From positions 8,566 through 72,565 of the IMG/VR virus record IMGVR_UViG_3300033143_008750: a stretch of DNA of 64,000 nucleotides. One strand, written 5' to 3'. How positions within the stretch are numbered: position 1 is the stretch's first letter; every line of letters begins with the position of its first letter. This DNA comes from a virus. The position numbers were made by a program, and so were the translations under genes. The notes beneath the pieces were generated by a model, which was not told the origin of the DNA, searched no databases, and was given only the letters and a program-made list of their open reading frames with translations. Below are positions 10,034 to 19,818 of this stretch, one piece after another.

Positions 10034-10284
10034 CTATTATGACTGTAATATGTGATCCAACAGAATTTATCCGCGTGATTGGTGCTTTCGATCAGCCGTC
10101 TGTAAATAAGTATATCGGCAAGGTTGGAAGGACAATGTCTCACGGCAAGAATAAGAGAGATTCCGAAGAACTATTTTTTGTTCGGATGCACGGTGAAACA
10201 GACCTCAAAGTATTTGCTATTAAACAAGTTGAATTCATCACTGAAAAAGAATACTTCAAAGGATGTCTTCGTGGTCGGACTTAA
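10030..10284 (+). CDS. SH3-like tandem-array protein 1 (ends EKEYFKGCLRGRT)
   Basis: shares C-terminal motif with next four ORFs. Confidence 0.65.
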   Translation: MTIMTVICDPTEFIRVIGAFDQPSVNKYIGKVGRTMSHGKNKRDSEELFFVRMHGETDLKVFAIKQVEFITEKEYFKGCLRGRT

Positions 10285-10498
10285 TAAAAATCGAATTTCG
10301 CTCGGCGATATTGTATTCGTAAACATGAATAATGTCATGGATAATAACTTTGTAGGCAAAGCAGTAAGAATGCATGAAGGAACTAAAGTACGAGTCAATA
10401 AAGCAGATAATTTTGGTCGAATCGTATACATAAATCGTTGCAGTCATGCTAACGAAACACAGAGAAAACAGTACTTCAAGGATTGTCTTCGTGGATAA
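10271..10498 (+). CDS. SH3-like tandem-array protein 2 (ends QYFKDCLRG)
   Basis: GTG start at 10271 behind AAAGGA; ISLGDIVFV. Confidence 0.65.
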   Translation: MVGLNKNRISLGDIVFVNMNNVMDNNFVGKAVRMHEGTKVRVNKADNFGRIVYINRCSHANETQRKQYFKDCLRG

Positions 10499-10709
10499 AC
10501 AAATAAAAGTTGGTGATCTTGTACGAGTAAATTCACCTGATGCTAGTTGCAACTTTTTAGGTTACGGCAAAGTACTTAAGTTAAGTGGCCGAGAAGCAAG
10601 AATTAAAATTTTTGGGTTTTTTCAAACGTTACCATTCTTTATAGATGAATTAGAACCTACTACAGAAAAAGAACAGAAGCGTTATTTCATGGACCGCCTT
10701 CGTGGATGA
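10491..10709 (+). CDS. SH3-like tandem-array protein 3 (ends RYFMDRLRG)
   Basis: GTG start at 10491 behind AAGGA; IKVGDLVRV. Confidence 0.65.
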   Translation: MDKQIKVGDLVRVNSPDASCNFLGYGKVLKLSGREARIKIFGFFQTLPFFIDELEPTTEKEQKRYFMDRLRG

Positions 10710-10950
10710 TGATTTCTTGAAACTACATCCGTCAATTAGTGTAGGAAGTATCGTTTCTATACGAAGTGCAGACTCCAAAAATATTCCAGGATATATAGGA
10801 ATTGTAGTAGAAACTAATGTCTGGGAGCCAGGTGGAAGACGAATCTACATTCCAGGAATAGGAGAGGTTGAAACTGGCCTTGATAAATGCTATAATGCTA
10901 CAGAAGCAGAACGTAAAGAATACTTCAAAAATGTACTAAAATATGAATAA
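10702..10950 (+). CDS. SH3-like tandem-array protein 4 (ends EYFKNVLKYE)
   Basis: GTG start; ISVGSIVSI...GYIGIV. Confidence 0.65.
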   Translation: MDDDFLKLHPSISVGSIVSIRSADSKNIPGYIGIVVETNVWEPGGRRIYIPGIGEVETGLDKCYNATEAERKEYFKNVLKYE

Positions 10951-11224
10951 CAAACTTCCAAAAGTTCCATTCCAATTTACTCGCCCTGAGGAAATTATCC
11001 GCGTTGGCGATCATGTAAGAATTGTAAATTATCTTGAGGATAGTAAACCTGTCGGCATCGTTGAAAGAAGGAATGGCGGCTACATTTATGTGAATGTCAA
11101 TCTAGATAATCAAGAGCGCCACCAGTATAAAGGCCACTATGAAGTATATGAAAATGAGATCGAAAAGATTACTGAACAAGAATATTTCAAGCTACTTTTA
11201 GCAGGTGCAAATGACAGTGACTAA
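10943..11224 (+). CDS. SH3-like tandem-array protein 5 (EYFKLLLAG)
   Basis: IRVGDHVRI...VGIVE. Confidence 0.65.
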   Translation: MNNKLPKVPFQFTRPEEIIRVGDHVRIVNYLEDSKPVGIVERRNGGYIYVNVNLDNQERHQYKGHYEVYENEIEKITEQEYFKLLLAGANDSD

Positions 11225-11427
11225 GTGGATACTAATATTGAAGCTTCTAGGCCAAGATCACGAAACTGGTGAAATAGATTGGCATGAAGCTGTAAGGGTT
11301 GAGAACTTATCATTTCAGACTTGCATTGACGAATTAGTAACGATGGTCAACATATTTCAGATGGAAGGCATAGAGCATGACGTATACTGCAAAGAAATGC
11401 CCGAAGAAACAACGGAAAAAGAAACGG

Positions 11428-11456
11428 TTGATAAATAACTGTAGTTAATGTATAAT
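11428..11456 (+). promoter_or_regulatory. overlapping sigma70 and late promoter for the tmRNA gene
   Basis: TTGATA-17bp-TATAAT with GATAAATA at 11430-11437. Confidence 0.75.
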
Positions 11457-11711
11457 AATGAAATAGTTGTGTGATAGTGTGTTAGTAGGCTGGGACGGAC
11501 GCGGCTTCGAAGCCGCCATCTCCACCAATTTCGAAAGCACTCTCGTAAATCGCAGCAATCTCAGACGGCGCCAAAACGCTATCTTAAGCATAATCTAAGT
11601 ATGTGGGACCTGTGGGGAGAGTGTTACTTCGGGGATGAATTGGAATCGACGTACGGATCGGAAGCACAAAGGACAACTCGCTTGGCAACGTAATTGCTAA
11701 CTAAAGCAATC

Positions 11712-11768
11712 GGAAACGAAAACTTTGAAATCATCGGCATGAGAGAAGCTTCGGCTTCTTTCGCGTAA
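11712..11768 (+). other. tmRNA tag reading frame GNENFEIIGMREASASFA*
   Basis: in-frame GGA AAC GAA AAC TTT...GCG TAA after a hairpin and AATC context; resembles ANDNF/ANENY starts. Confidence 0.7.
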
Positions 11769-11822
11769 TCTAAACAATTACACCGATCGAGCTATAAGCC
11801 AGCTTGTAACCAAATGAGCTAG

Positions 11823-11867
11823 GAAAGGGGCATCGACGTAGCTGAAAACTCTACGTTCGCCCCTTTC
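11823..11867 (+). terminator. 3' hairpin/terminator of tmRNA gene
   Basis: GAAAGGGGC...GCCCCTTTC with internal ACGTAG/CTACGT stem. Confidence 0.6.
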
Positions 11868-11878
11868 TGCTTTTATAC

Positions 11879-11886
11879 GATAAATA
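11879..11886 (+). promoter_or_regulatory. late promoter GATAAATA
   Basis: T4 late-promoter-like octamer; also at 24332, 24756, 28091, 32502, 35873, 44518, 45201, 47763, 56289, 58427, 59009, 63741 (+) and 35767 (-), often before structural or lysis genes. Confidence 0.8.
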
Positions 11887-11891
11887 CATGT

Positions 11892-12311
11892 ATGAGATTA
11901 GACGAAATCACAAGAACAAACGGTGCAGTCGATAGGAAGCTTCCTGGGCTATATAATGCTCAAGTTGGCGACATTATCGAAATTGGCTTCGAAGGTTCTA
12001 GAATCAAACACAAAGCTAAAATCGCAAAAGTCGTAGGAAACGATAGATTAGTTGATGCTGACGGCAACATATTTAATCGTAGCGGAATAGTATTTCGTCG
12101 CAAATCATATCCCCTAACATCATTTCGTGGCAAGATCATATCTGCAAAACAAATGACACAGAAAGCACTAGACAATGACCACGAAGATCGTAAAGTTGAT
12201 TACTTGAAACGCAATAATTGGGAGAATGTTGATCCAGAAACAAGAGATAAAATCTTGTCTCTATTACGTGTGTCTTTCACTTCTATGCAAGGCATGAAAG
12301 ATTACAAATGA
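11892..12311 (+). CDS. late protein with N-terminal MRLDEI peptide
   Basis: starts 5 nt after GATAAATA. Confidence 0.65.
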   Translation: MRLDEITRTNGAVDRKLPGLYNAQVGDIIEIGFEGSRIKHKAKIAKVVGNDRLVDADGNIFNRSGIVFRRKSYPLTSFRGKIISAKQMTQKALDNDHEDRKVDYLKRNNWENVDPETRDKILSLLRVSFTSMQGMKDYK

Positions 12312-13147
12312 GACTTCACGAATTAGTAGAACATACCTTTCCTAAGATTAAAACACATGATCGCAAAGGTGCGCACTTGCCTGACTTGTATAACTATGAT
12401 GATGAAGAGGCATACATAGGTCCAAATGATAATCCTCCTGGTTCAGGCAATCCTAATCTAGACAATCCTGATATAGATACACTCGGCACTGGCGCATTCG
12501 CTACTGCGTATCGACATAAAGATACTCCGCATGATGTTACGAAAGGTTCAAAAGCACAATCTGAACCCGATGGCTGGCAGGTACTATTTACTGCATTATC
12601 TAAAGATGAAGATGCACAAGCAAATCCATACTTTCCCCGCTTTCGCAGTATCAACACATTCAAACAGAATGATGATTATGCAGTCGATCCTAAGCAATCA
12701 TACGTAGTCAAAGTAGAAGCACTTGAGCCATATGCAAATCTATCAGACAAAGAACGTGAAATGCTAGTCAACAAAATATTCGAAGAAACGGGCGAAGATA
12801 TAATTAATCATTATTGGGAAGAAGAAACCCGTGATCGTTGGAATCCCCGCGGCCAGCCACAGAGCTTCCCAGGGCAAAAGTTTGCATGGGCGATTCGTGC
12901 TTGTCTAGAAGGAGACACATGGCAAGATGAATTACGCTGGGCAATTCAAGACAAGAAATTTCTACAAGCAATTGAATTTCTACAAAAGACTGCTAAAGAA
13001 TCAAACTACGAATTTGACCTACATCGAGAAAACATGATGATTCGTAGGACATCAGTTGGTGTACAGCTAGTACTCAACGATCCACTAGGATTCAGTACCG
13101 ACGCCAAGCAAAAACAAGAAGTCGAAGGCCATCCTGATTGGGAATAA
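12308..13147 (+). CDS. protein-kinase-like protein
   Basis: LGTGAFATAY Gly-loop, VTK lysine, FDLHRENMM catalytic loop, LNDP. Confidence 0.75.
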   Translation: MRLHELVEHTFPKIKTHDRKGAHLPDLYNYDDEEAYIGPNDNPPGSGNPNLDNPDIDTLGTGAFATAYRHKDTPHDVTKGSKAQSEPDGWQVLFTALSKDEDAQANPYFPRFRSINTFKQNDDYAVDPKQSYVVKVEALEPYANLSDKEREMLVNKIFEETGEDIINHYWEEETRDRWNPRGQPQSFPGQKFAWAIRACLEGDTWQDELRWAIQDKKFLQAIEFLQKTAKESNYEFDLHRENMMIRRTSVGVQLVLNDPLGFSTDAKQKQEVEGHPDWE

Positions 13148-13150
13148 AGC

Positions 13151-13179
13151 TTGACAAGTACCACTTTATCGTGTACAAT
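13151..13179 (+). promoter_or_regulatory. sigma70-type promoter (probably leaderless mRNA)
   Basis: TTGACA-17bp-TACAAT, ATG 5 nt downstream. Confidence 0.7.
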
Positions 13180-13435
13180 GAGGCATGGAATACAAGATCA
13201 GGCAATTAGACTGGTTCAAGCGCAGAGAGCCTACTAAAATCCCACAGCCTGTAAAAGTGGAAATCGACAATATTGAACTTGAGAAGAATTCTTACTGTGA
13301 TATGACAGTAGAATACGATGATGGTGAGGTATTTGTCTTCGATGGTCGGGTACAGTATAACGACATCAAAGACACATGGACTGTTCATGGATTTTCTAGT
13401 GACAGCGGACGACAGTGTTTTGTGGATATAGTAGA

Positions 13436-13696
13436 ATGAAATACGAAACAGCAGAAGAAAAATTTGAACGTAAACTCAAGTACGGCAAAGACGAATGGGT
13501 ACCGCAGCCTTGCAACATGCAAGAAGGTCAGCCTTGCCCTTATGGATGTATCATAAACAAACGTGTAGCCCCGCCAGTGTATTACAGTCTATCAGGTGAT
13601 TGTCGCTGTCCTTCAGCAGATGATTGCTGCATGAATTTGCAATTCGACAACGAGTATTACAGAACTAGAGAAATAGAAAAGGCAAAATATACGTAA
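13436..13696 (+). CDS. Cys-rich hypothetical protein with N-terminal FERKLKYG motif
   Basis: ATG 13436 overlaps previous stop. Confidence 0.55.
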   Translation: MKYETAEEKFERKLKYGKDEWVPQPCNMQEGQPCPYGCIINKRVAPPVYYSLSGDCRCPSADDCCMNLQFDNEYYRTREIEKAKYT

Positions 13697-13745
13697 AAAT
13701 TCCCTCCAAAACAGGTAAATACTACTATAACAGAGGAGAATAATA

Positions 13746-13913
13746 ATGTTTGATTTTATTGCATTTACATTACGAGAAGGATTATTTATGCTCGGTGGTG
13801 CTTTCATCGCTTGGAACGTTCCCCGTCCACAATGGGCAAAGGATCTGCAGGCGTGGGTAGTTCTTAAGTATAGTGAAATTTCAGCTAAGATAAAAGCTAA
13901 GTTCGCTAAATAA
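13746..13913 (+). CDS. 55-aa small membrane protein
   Basis: RBS GAGGAG; MFDFIAF...GAFIAWNVPRPQWAK; not in the ORF track. Confidence 0.6.
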   Translation: MFDFIAFTLREGLFMLGGAFIAWNVPRPQWAKDLQAWVVLKYSEISAKIKAKFAK

Positions 13914-14057
13914 TTCCACTATTTTATGGTCAAGATTTCCAGTTAAATCTGTCTGTCATAAAGAAACAGGAAGTTTCGAAAAATATCAGGGACAAGGATG
14001 TTCCTGTATTTGCCTGTAAAACTTGACTTTTCACTAATGAAACTATATAATACACGT

Positions 14058-14309
14058 ATGAATACTATTAATGAATTAGAACCAATCTCACCTGAGAAAT
14101 TACTAGCAGATTTTTCCGATTATACTATTGCAGAGTTAGTTATGGAAATTAAAGAACTGCGCAATAAGTTAGAACAAGAAAAGAAAATTACCACGGCTAA
14201 AGAATTTAGGCTTCAAAAGACATTAGTAGAGTTAGAAGAATTAACAACTCGTATAAATACTGCTAGAGCTAACTTACGTGGTGATGTAAAAACACCAGAG
14301 GAAACTTAA
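14058..14309 (+). CDS. coiled-coil hypothetical protein
   Basis: ATG 6 nt after TTGACT-17-TATAAT (14023-14051). Confidence 0.6.
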   Translation: MNTINELEPISPEKLLADFSDYTIAELVMEIKELRNKLEQEKKITTAKEFRLQKTLVELEELTTRINTARANLRGDVKTPEET

Positions 14310-14678
14310 TAGTGCATTTTTGTCCAGAAGAATTTAGATTGCTGATGATCTTAGTAGATTATGTGGTCAACACGTATCACTATTGGGTCTGTGGTTTCAA
14401 GGTTCGGTTTCTTAATGAAGATAAGCATGACATAAGCGATCACTACTCGGATAACGAATGAGCGGAATTTGTAGTGCGCACCATCCGAGCCTTGGACCCG
14501 TAGAAGGCTGTGATCTATGTCATTCAACTATTGAAGATTTACTCGGCGAAAGTACAGTTGCAATTATGCGAGCCGAAGCAGAAGCAGCAGGTCTATTCAC
14601 ATGTGATTGTGGCTTTGAATATTACAAAACAGTAGATGCCTGCCCACTTTGTGATAAAGAACGCAAAATTATACTCCC

Positions 14679-15014
14679 ATGAATACAGCCCCGATAATAT
14701 TCACTGATTCAGCAGCAGAGAAAGTCCTTTCTCTACTCCAAGACGAAGAAAATCCAAACATGATGCTCCGCGTATTTGTTCAAGGTGGCGGCTGTTCTGG
14801 ATTCTCATACGGATTCGCATTCGAAGAAAAAATTGAAGACGGAGACCTGACTGTAGAGAACAGAGGTGTGACTCTGATTGTTGATCCTATGAGTGTGCAA
14901 TATCTGATCGACGCCGAAATTGACTACACTGAAACCCTTGCTGTATCTCAATTCGTGATCCGAAATCCCAATGCTTCTACAACTTGTGGATGTGGCTCAT
15001 CGTTCGCCGCTTAA
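14679..15014 (+). CDS. erpA: A-type Fe-S cluster carrier ErpA/IscA (HesB family)
   Basis: [33 protein letters not shown]. Confidence 0.93.
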   Translation: MNTAPIIFTDSAAEKVLSLLQDEENPNMMLRVFVQGGGCSGFSYGFAFEEKIEDGDLTVENRGVTLIVDPMSVQYLIDAEIDYTETLAVSQFVIRNPNASTTCGCGSSFAA

Positions 15015-15170
15015 GGCCAATATACCACTTAAAACTCAACAATCGTCACAGAGCCCCTCAGACGGTCTGACAGCGCCTCAGAAACTAGTGTTCTTACGGT
15101 CCCGTAATCGGTAACGGACTCAATAAAATCAATGACTTATAAGTTGTTGTAAAATAAAGAGATTCAGGTA

Positions 15171-15199
15171 TTGACTTTATTCCACTATTTACGTATAAT
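15171..15199 (+). promoter_or_regulatory. sigma70-type promoter
   Basis: TTGACT-17bp-TATAAT; IHF-consensus site at 15127-15139. Confidence 0.85.
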
Positions 15200-15226
15200 T
15201 GTGTTTGAGAATTAGGAAAATCCCAC

Positions 15227-16405
15227 ATGAGAACATACATAGTCGGTGGCGCAGTTAGAGACTTTCTGCTCGGCAAGCCTGTCAAGGACTTCGATTATGT
15301 AGTCACAGGTGCTACGCCACAGGACATGCTCGACCAAGGTTTCACACAGGTCGGCGCTGACTTCCCCGTTTTCCTTCATCCTGATACCAAAGACGAGTAT
15401 GCACTTGCGCGAACTGAGCGCAAGACTGCTGCTGGATATCACGGTTTCGAGGTTAACTTCGATCCCACTGTTACCATAGAGGACGATCTGTCCCGCAGAG
15501 ACCTGACTATAAACGCTATGGCAGTTGCAGTCGAGGATTGGGAGACTTACAAGTTTACTCTAGATCATCAACTCCTTGTTGATCCGTATGATGGCTTCAC
15601 TGATCTGAACCGTCGAAGGCTGCATGTTGTTGGTAAGGATTTCGATACGTACAGTGAGCAAGAGAATCAGACGTTTCATACTGCATTCGGAGAGGATCCA
15701 GTTCGGATACTGCGTACTGCACGATTCCAGGCACGATACGGCTTTGCACAATCTCGCGAGACCACTGTCGCTATAATGGAGATGGTTAAGAACGGAGAGG
15801 TTGACGCACTAGTTCCTGAGAGGGTTTGGACTGAGACTGTTAAGGCGATAGCAGAGGATCGTGATCCGCTTGACTTTTTCTTCTTCCTAGACTTCCATGA
15901 TTGCAAAAAGAAGCTGTTTAAGCAACTGAATCTGACTGATGCACTGATATACCATTTTGATAACGTTCGATACATGAACGCGAAGCAAAGAATGGCGCTG
16001 CTGACTGTTGGTTTCAAGAACGTCGATCAAGTTGGTGCTTTCTTCGATAAGCTGAAGGCTCCGACTGACTTCAAGAGACTCGCACAGGCTGTTCACAGAC
16101 TTGCGAAGCTTGCTAACATGCCTCAGAAGGATTGGACTGCTGAGACTATAGTTGATACGCTGGCACTGGTTCACGCAGACGATCTTGATTCTGCTACGTC
16201 AACCGTTATGGGTATGCATGAGGATTACGTTAGCGACGGTTTTGAGGATCGAGCTACTTTCTCTGGCTACATGTTTGCTATACTTGGCGACATAGGTTTC
16301 AAAAACCTGACGCTAGATCAGCAAGCTACGCTGAAAGGCAAGGCGATAGGTGATGCGCTGCGCGACATAAAGGTTGCTACGACGGGAGCAATGCTAGATG
16401 CTTAA
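15227..16405 (+). CDS. cca: class II tRNA nucleotidyltransferase (CCA-adding enzyme)
   Basis: [55 protein letters not shown]; no obvious HD domain. Confidence 0.92.
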   Translation: MRTYIVGGAVRDFLLGKPVKDFDYVVTGATPQDMLDQGFTQVGADFPVFLHPDTKDEYALARTERKTAAGYHGFEVNFDPTVTIEDDLSRRDLTINAMAVAVEDWETYKFTLDHQLLVDPYDGFTDLNRRRLHVVGKDFDTYSEQENQTFHTAFGEDPVRILRTARFQARYGFAQSRETTVAIMEMVKNGEVDALVPERVWTETVKAIAEDRDPLDFFFFLDFHDCKKKLFKQLNLTDALIYHFDNVRYMNAKQRMALLTVGFKNVDQVGAFFDKLKAPTDFKRLAQAVHRLAKLANMPQKDWTAETIVDTLALVHADDLDSATSTVMGMHEDYVSDGFEDRATFSGYMFAILGDIGFKNLTLDQQATLKGKAIGDALRDIKVATTGAMLDA

Positions 16406-16718
16406 AGACGCGCTATTGAAAGTAAGAAAAGGCTATACGCCTAAGGATCTTTTTAAGCTAAAGCTTACTGGCGAAGCTGTTAACGTTTTGCGAGAGACAC
16501 TAGCAAGAGAGTTAGATAGCTGGCTAATGGAACGTGAAATTTTTGAACCTGTTGATTTTGATAATGCATATAGCACAGGCAAATGGATTTCATTAGGTAA
16601 AGGTGGAGCTACATATCGCTGTTTATATCCTGTACGCATTTGGCACGTAAATGGCAGAGGTGGAAACGAACAAATAAATGTAGACCACATGAAGCCAGGC
16701 GACATTTGGGGATTCTGA
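16398..16718 (+). CDS. hypothetical protein with N-terminal FKLKLTG motif
   Basis: overlaps cca stop. Confidence 0.55.
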   Translation: MLKDALLKVRKGYTPKDLFKLKLTGEAVNVLRETLARELDSWLMEREIFEPVDFDNAYSTGKWISLGKGGATYRCLYPVRIWHVNGRGGNEQINVDHMKPGDIWGF

Positions 16719-16982
16719 TGAAAGAACTAATATTTAATCTTGTGAATGGAGTACGTAGCGGAATTCCGCTGTGTTGCAATCTGTTCTTTTCGCATAATGC
16801 ACTTACGCCTGGGCCAGTCGGAAAAAGAGTATACGAACAGCGCACAGGAAAAGAATTCGATGTATTCGCTTGTGACGATGATGAAGCACATTACGTCCAA
16901 TGTAATCGTTGTTGGGTGAAAAGAGAGTGAAAGAGATTCGCAAAAACGGAGTTATTCTGAAATTTTTGATACTGGAAGACTA

Positions 16983-17240
16983 ATGGCCGCTGAACACTAC
17001 AGACCAAAGATTGGAGTTAAGAAAGCTGGTTACTATCAGGGCTACTACTGTGGCCGCTGCGGAGCGCCTGGACTTGCAATGCAAGGTAATCGTAAACACG
17101 GAAGCGGCGTGTGTCTTGCTAACCCTCTGATGGTTAAAAAGTTGCAGGAAGCTAACACAGTCGAAGCAGAAACAAAACGACAGTTCATTCTCGGCCTTCA
17201 AAAAGGAAAAGGAGATCACAATTCTCCTAGACGTTACTAA
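16983..17240 (+). CDS. small zinc-ribbon-like protein
   Basis: YCGRCG...H...C. Confidence 0.5.
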   Translation: MAAEHYRPKIGVKKAGYYQGYYCGRCGAPGLAMQGNRKHGSGVCLANPLMVKKLQEANTVEAETKRQFILGLQKGKGDHNSPRRY

Positions 17241-17803
17241 TGAGAAAAGTAAAACCTGTTGTTACAAAGAAATACGTATTCGCTCGTAGACTCGACGGCA
17301 AACCTATTGTCTTAGATTTCTTCGATAGTGACATGCGCAAAGAGAAATTCACAGTAACTCGCCAACTCTTATTTGATCTTCGTGTACACGAATGGTTACA
17401 TGATGAACCTGGTTATTCTTGGGTGTCGAATCACGAAATTCATTGTATCTTGCCGCGCGACCATGAACCATATACAATGGTGATTGCAGCAGGTACGAAA
17501 TTCGAATCTAAAGACTAATGAAAATACTGACTGAAAAATATATTTTTGAATGCAAACTCAAAGGCAAGCCTGTTATGATTCACACTGGTTCGCTATATCA
17601 CAAAGACATTCTAAAAATGTTAGTCAAAACGGGCATATGGAAAAAGGATCCGATCTTCACTGATAAATTTTGGCGTGAATATTCATTTACTATCCTGTAT
17701 CCGATTCGGTTGACTGATGAAGATTTGGACAAGCTGCCGACAGACTGGATATATTTAGGCATTGGCGATCATCACACAGTCTGCTTATAACGGAAATGGT
17801 TGG

Positions 17804-17924
17804 TAAGTCATTGATTTATATAGGATTGTAAGTTATTGATTTTTAGTAAGAGGTGGAAAAAGTTGTAAGTCGTTGATATCCTTATGGTTATAAGGTTGAC
17901 AATGCCGCTTTCCACCTGTATAAT
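17804..17924 (+). promoter_or_regulatory. three IHF-consensus sites plus sigma70 promoter
   Basis: TAAGTCATTGATT, TAAGTTATTGATT, TAAGTCGTTGATA then TTGACA-17-TATAAT (17896-17924). Confidence 0.8.
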
Positions 17925-18439
17925 TTACTTAAGAATTAGGAAAAGGACAAATTATGAGTGACTACATCGTAACAAAGCTAATTTCTCGCAACATGCATAA
18001 TGTATCTGGTAAGATGCGCCTGTTGCAAATGGAACGCGGCAGAAAGTTAGGTGGACACAACATTACTGGTACGGCATACAGTGGTTGGATCGACGGTGTC
18101 TACTGCGAAATCACACATGTAGTTACGCGACACATGGGCGACTTCATTAAGTTGCATGTTGCTCGTAACGACTTTCCGAGCATGGCAGCACTTGTTCGTC
18201 ACTATCGCGCAGTCAAGCAGGAATTGGTGTAATGGGAATTCGTGAACTTCAAGCACAGAAAGCAGAAGCCCTCGAAATGTATCACGAGGAATGCGCACGT
18301 ATCGACGCAGAGATTGACGCGATTCGTAAAGCGCGCGGAACCAAATTGAAAGTGTATACGCCAACTGCGAACGATGCTAAACTAATGAATATCGCTGATG
18401 GTCGCACTCGTCAACTGAACCCGCACGGAGAATAACAGA

Positions 18440-18847
18440 ATGAGTTATGCACTTCCTCAAGTTGGCGACATTATCACTGTCAAGACATATTACAAGAGTC
18501 ACGTAATTGGTCGGACAGAAGAGGATGACACGACAACGTATGAAAAAGTCTGCGTAGCTCCGAGCTTTGCTTGGACGAAGACTAACGCATTCTGCATCCC
18601 CGCTGAAGGTGAACCTTACATCACAAAGCGCACAATCTCATTGAACTCAGTCGTTGATCTGATCGTTCACAAAGGTAGTGACGCTGAAGGCTGCACAAGC
18701 GGTACGAAGTTTGTAAAAGTCCCAGGTAGCAAGGGTAACGAATATATGGTCACAGTAGTCGATGGATTCGGCACAGAATGCGAATGTCTCGGTTTTCACT
18801 ATGGCAAGAATTGTAAACATTTGAAAATTGCACAGGAAGCAGCATAA
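18440..18847 (+). CDS. SWIM zinc-finger protein
   Basis: GSKGNEYMV...CECLGF...CKHL. Confidence 0.75.
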   Translation: MSYALPQVGDIITVKTYYKSHVIGRTEEDDTTTYEKVCVAPSFAWTKTNAFCIPAEGEPYITKRTISLNSVVDLIVHKGSDAEGCTSGTKFVKVPGSKGNEYMVTVVDGFGTECECLGFHYGKNCKHLKIAQEAA

Positions 18848-19818
18848 TGAGTAATTCCATGTACAGGACAGGATTTGTATTCAGCGATATTTCTCAAGGT
18901 CATCGCGTCGATACTCGCGTAGCAACGGGTGTACGCAAAACGACCGTTGGGCTTCCTGATGAAAAGAACGGGTTTATTCGAATCAACAAGAATACTCCGT
19001 GGAATCATCAGCGCGACAACTTTGAAGACATCCAAGAAGTCCTAGCCCGTCACGGAAAGAGTTTGACGCGAGTTTCGATGTACACTGATACAGACGGAAT
19101 TCCTAGCTATCAGGACATTAGCGGACGACGCGCAGGAAGGAAAGTCAATCTGACTTCGTTTGTTGCACTCTGCACTGATACGCTGGTGTGGCAAAAGTAC
19201 GAAGGTCGCTGCGCTGGCGGTGGTCAGAATACTATTTACGTTGGTGGGGAGAAAATGAAACTCACTACGTTCCTTGAACTGCCGTATTCGGCACAAGACA
19301 AGCTTATTCGTGCATCTGGAGATACGAAATGAATTTTGAATTTGAACTTCGCAGTCCTGTACAAACTACGATTATCGAAGCTGATATTGACCGAATTGTT
19401 CGAGGACACATTGAAGCAAGTGATCCGCGTGACGCAGCAGAGAAGATCGTGAGCGCATGTCGCCCTGATCTTGACGATGGATTCGATTCTCTTACTCCTG
19501 ACTTTACAATCGAACGCAACCGAGACGGATCGTTCAGAGTCGAAGTTGACACTCACGGTCTAGTTGATGCGACTATTGAACTTGAGGTAATAGCATAATG
19601 TACTCACTTGCACAGAAACGAATGATGGCTAAAGTGGCCGGCGAGACAGAAGTAGTTCTCACGATGGAAGAAGTCGAGTACGAACTTGAAAAGTCTCGGG
19701 CACTGGATCAACAAATCGTCAAGTACATGGAATACGTACCTGAGGATATTCTGAAGGCTGAGGCTGATGAAATGTTTGCTGATTACGCAGACGGCGAAGG
19801 CCCCTACGGAGATCGCTA

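Larger units (their letters stand above)
11462..11867 (+). ncRNA. ssrA: circularly permuted (two-piece) tmRNA
   Basis: acceptor piece ends GGAC-GCGGC-TTCGAA-GCCGC-CATCTCC-A-CCA (11527); coding piece starts GGGGATG-AATTGGAATCGAC (11631); GGGGATG/CATCTCC forms a 7-bp acceptor stem with a G3:U pair; tag frame 11712-11768; outer ends approximate. Confidence 0.9.

Noticed and set aside
11497-11527. Stand-alone tRNA (T-arm plus CCA)
   Set aside because: No D or anticodon arm upstream; its acceptor partner is GGGGATG at 11631, so it is the acceptor piece of a permuted tmRNA.
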